NCBI GenBank assembly: GCA_965203515.1
Contig: OZ241907.1
Coordinates: forward strand, 2,016,001 to 2,080,000
Reading direction: 5' to 3'
Length of the DNA stretch: 64,000 nt
Origin: Spirochaetia bacterium
GTDB lineage: Bacteria; Spirochaetota; Spirochaetia; SZUA-6; Bin103
Shown: positions 61,964-64,000 of the stretch, one piece after another
Position numbering within the stretch: the first letter of the stretch is position 1
How the letters are laid out: the number at the start of each line of letters is the position of its first letter
Translations under genes and position numbers: made by a program
The notes under the pieces: model-generated
The model's database searches: none
What the model was told of the DNA's origin: nothing
Seen by the model: only the letters and a program-made list of their open reading frames with translations

Positions 61964-63127
61964 ATGGCTGCGGGCGTGACGGAGGTCGACGTGGCGTTGT
62001 GCGGCGGCGGCTTGCAGAGCGCCCTGATCGTCGCTGCCCTGCACGGGACCGGCTACGGAGGCAGCGTGGCGCTGGCCGAGCGCGAGCGGATCGGCGGCAA
62101 CCACACGTGGTGCTTCCATGCCGGCGACCTGTCGCCGGCGATGCGGCGCTACGTCGAGCCGTTCGTGGCGCACCGCTGGAGCTCCTACGAGGTGCGCTTC
62201 CCCGGCTACCGGCGGGTGCTGGACGCGTCGTACGCCATGATCTCCAGCGAGCGGTTGCGGTCGGTGGTGCTGCGCCTGTTGGCGCATCGCCGCGGGTGGA
62301 TGGGGAGCGAACACACGTCCGTCGCATCGCTCGGCGCCGGCGCGGTGCGGTTGGCCGACGGGCGCACGATCGCGGCACGGACCGTGGTCGACGCCCGCGG
62401 CGCGGCCGGCGCGGCCGGCGCGGCCGGCTATCAGAAGTTCTACGGAGAGGACCTCACCCTGCGGCATGAGCACGACCTGACCCGGCCGATCGTGATGGAC
62501 GCCACCGTCGAGCAGCGCGACGGATACCGGTTCATGTACGTCCTGCCGCTCGGCTCCACGCGGGCGCTGGTCGAGGACACCTCCTTCTCCGACGCCCCGG
62601 AACTGGACGACGACGAGCGCCGGGGGCGGATCGCCGCATGGCTCCGGGAACAGGGCTGGGAGACGCTCCGGGTCGAGCGCACCGAGCGCGGCGTGCTGCC
62701 GATGCCGCTGGCCGAAGCGCCGGCGGATCGAGCGGAGCCGGCGCCCGCCGCCGGAGACGCAGGAGCCGCCGTCATGCGGGGCGGCTACGGCGGCGGCTGG
62801 TTCCACCCCGGCACCGGGTACTCCCTGCCGCTGGCCGCCGAGCTCGCCGAGCTGATCGCCGCCACGCCGGCTGCCGACCTGCCGGCGGCGGTAGCCGCGG
62901 CCACGCGCGACCGGCGGCGGCGCGCCCGGTTCTGCCATCTGCTCAACCGGCTGCTGTTCCGGTGGTACCCGCCGGCAGCGCGCCGGGCCGTCTTCGAGCG
63001 CTTCTACCGGCTGCCCGAGTCGACGATCGAGCGCTACTACGCGATGCGGCTGCGCCCTTTCGACAAGCTGCGCATCCTGGGAGGCCGGCCTCCCGCCGGC
63101 CTGGCGATACCGGCCGGACGCCGATGA
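61964..63127 (+). CDS. crtY: Lycopene beta-cyclase
   Basis: GGGL, GGNHTWCFH, MDATVEQ..GYRFMYVLP, FHPGTGYSLP. Confidence 0.88.
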   Translation: MAAGVTEVDVALCGGGLQSALIVAALHGTGYGGSVALAERERIGGNHTWCFHAGDLSPAMRRYVEPFVAHRWSSYEVRFPGYRRVLDASYAMISSERLRSVVLRLLAHRRGWMGSEHTSVASLGAGAVRLADGRTIAARTVVDARGAAGAAGAAGYQKFYGEDLTLRHEHDLTRPIVMDATVEQRDGYRFMYVLPLGSTRALVEDTSFSDAPELDDDERRGRIAAWLREQGWETLRVERTERGVLPMPLAEAPADRAEPAPAAGDAGAAVMRGGYGGGWFHPGTGYSLPLAAELAELIAATPAADLPAAVAAATRDRRRRARFCHLLNRLLFRWYPPAARRAVFERFYRLPESTIERYYAMRLRPFDKLRILGGRPPAGLAIPAGRR

Positions 63128-63858
63128 CCGCCCGTACGACCGGCGCGCCGGAACGGCCGGGCGGCCGCGTCGCCGCCGACTTCGACCGCGTCGCTTCCGC
63201 CTACGACCTGCTGGTCGGCCTCAACCCCGGCTACCGCAGGCACCTGACGCGGAGCGCGGAACGCCTGCGGTTGCCGGACGACGCGCGCATCCTGGATCTC
63301 TGCTGCGGCACCGGACAATCGACCCTGGCGTTGCGCGCGGTCTACCCTCACGCGACGCTGTGCGGCCTGGACGCCGCCGCCGAGATGCTGCGGATAGCCC
63401 GCGCCCGCCCGCAGCTCGCCGGCGTAGAGCTCGTGCACGGCGACGCGATGGACCCGAGCGCGGCCGGCGTCGACGGTCCGTTCGACGGCATCCTGATGGC
63501 CTACGGCATCCGCAACGTCCCCGACCCCGACGCCTGCCTGCGGCGGATACGCCGCCTACTGGTTCCCGGCGCGCCGGTCTGCCTGCACGAGTACTCGGTC
63601 ACCGGCTCGCGCCGGAGCACCGCCGTGTGGAAAGCGGTGACCACGTCGATCGTCATCCCCGCCGCGCGCGTGGTGACCGGCGATGGCGGCCTGTTCCGCT
63701 ACCTGCGCGACAGCGTGCTGGCGTTCGACAGCGTCGACCGGTTGGAGCGCCGCCTGCGGCAGGCCGGCTTCACCGCGGTGCGTACGTTGCCGGCCCGCGG
63801 CTGGCAGCACGGCATCCTCCACTCCTTTCTGGCCCGCCGGCCGGACGCCGGCCCATGA
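63124..63858 (+). CDS. Class I SAM-dependent methyltransferase (UbiE-like, carotenoid-cluster associated)
   Basis: LDLCCGTG, MAYGIRN; ATGA coupling to crtY. Confidence 0.82.
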   Translation: MTARTTGAPERPGGRVAADFDRVASAYDLLVGLNPGYRRHLTRSAERLRLPDDARILDLCCGTGQSTLALRAVYPHATLCGLDAAAEMLRIARARPQLAGVELVHGDAMDPSAAGVDGPFDGILMAYGIRNVPDPDACLRRIRRLLVPGAPVCLHEYSVTGSRRSTAVWKAVTTSIVIPAARVVTGDGGLFRYLRDSVLAFDSVDRLERRLRQAGFTAVRTLPARGWQHGILHSFLARRPDAGP

Positions 63859-64000
63859 ACGGCGCGCCGCAGGTGGCGGTGGTGGGCGGCGGCATCGCCG
63901 GCATGGCGGCGGCGGTCGTGCTGGCCGAGCGCGGCATCCGCACCACCGTGCTGGAACGGCAGCCCTGGCTGGGCGGGCGCGCCGGGGCGTTTCCGGTCCG
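63855..64000 (+). CDS. FAD-dependent oxidoreductase, possibly CrtU-like; runs off the right edge
   Basis: VAVVGGGIAGMAAAVVLAERG...LGGRAGAF; ATGA coupling. Confidence 0.7.
   Translation, partial: MNGAPQVAVVGGGIAGMAAAVVLAERGIRTTVLERQPWLGGRAGAFPV

Overview
High-GC bacterial window with three parts. (i) 1-35000: a repair and catabolic region with ligC, msrA, nth, xth, a NUDIX hydrolase, many oxidoreductases and hydrolases, three carbohydrate-type ABC permease/solute-binding clusters, an NHL-repeat protein and a ~190-nt structured 6S-like RNA candidate. (ii) ~35100-51070: a decaying accessory island scrambled by IS elements. It holds an IS21-truncated secreted LRR-like gene behind a poly-C tract, an internally deleted IS21, an IS3 inside an oppC-like gene and further IS3 remnants. 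It also holds a lower-GC YcaO/ABC-2 RiPP-cluster relic split by an ISL3, a truncated type III-like DNA methyltransferase, and a frameshifted Rpn gene with an intact internal RpnS-like ORF. One intact, lower-GC, three-gene operon remains: proteasome-like Ntn hydrolase, small putative antitoxin, RelE/ParE toxin. (iii) 51334-64000: glnE with a degenerate C-terminal domain, oppDF, an orphan solute-binding protein, a dipeptidase and the start of a carotenoid operon (crtY, methyltransferase, FAD oxidoreductase). The gene content (many SBPs, PhyH dioxygenases, NHL/LRR proteins) resembles sponge-symbiont genomes; that is inference only. No tRNA, rRNA or CRISPR array was seen. All calls come from reading motifs by eye; no searches were run.
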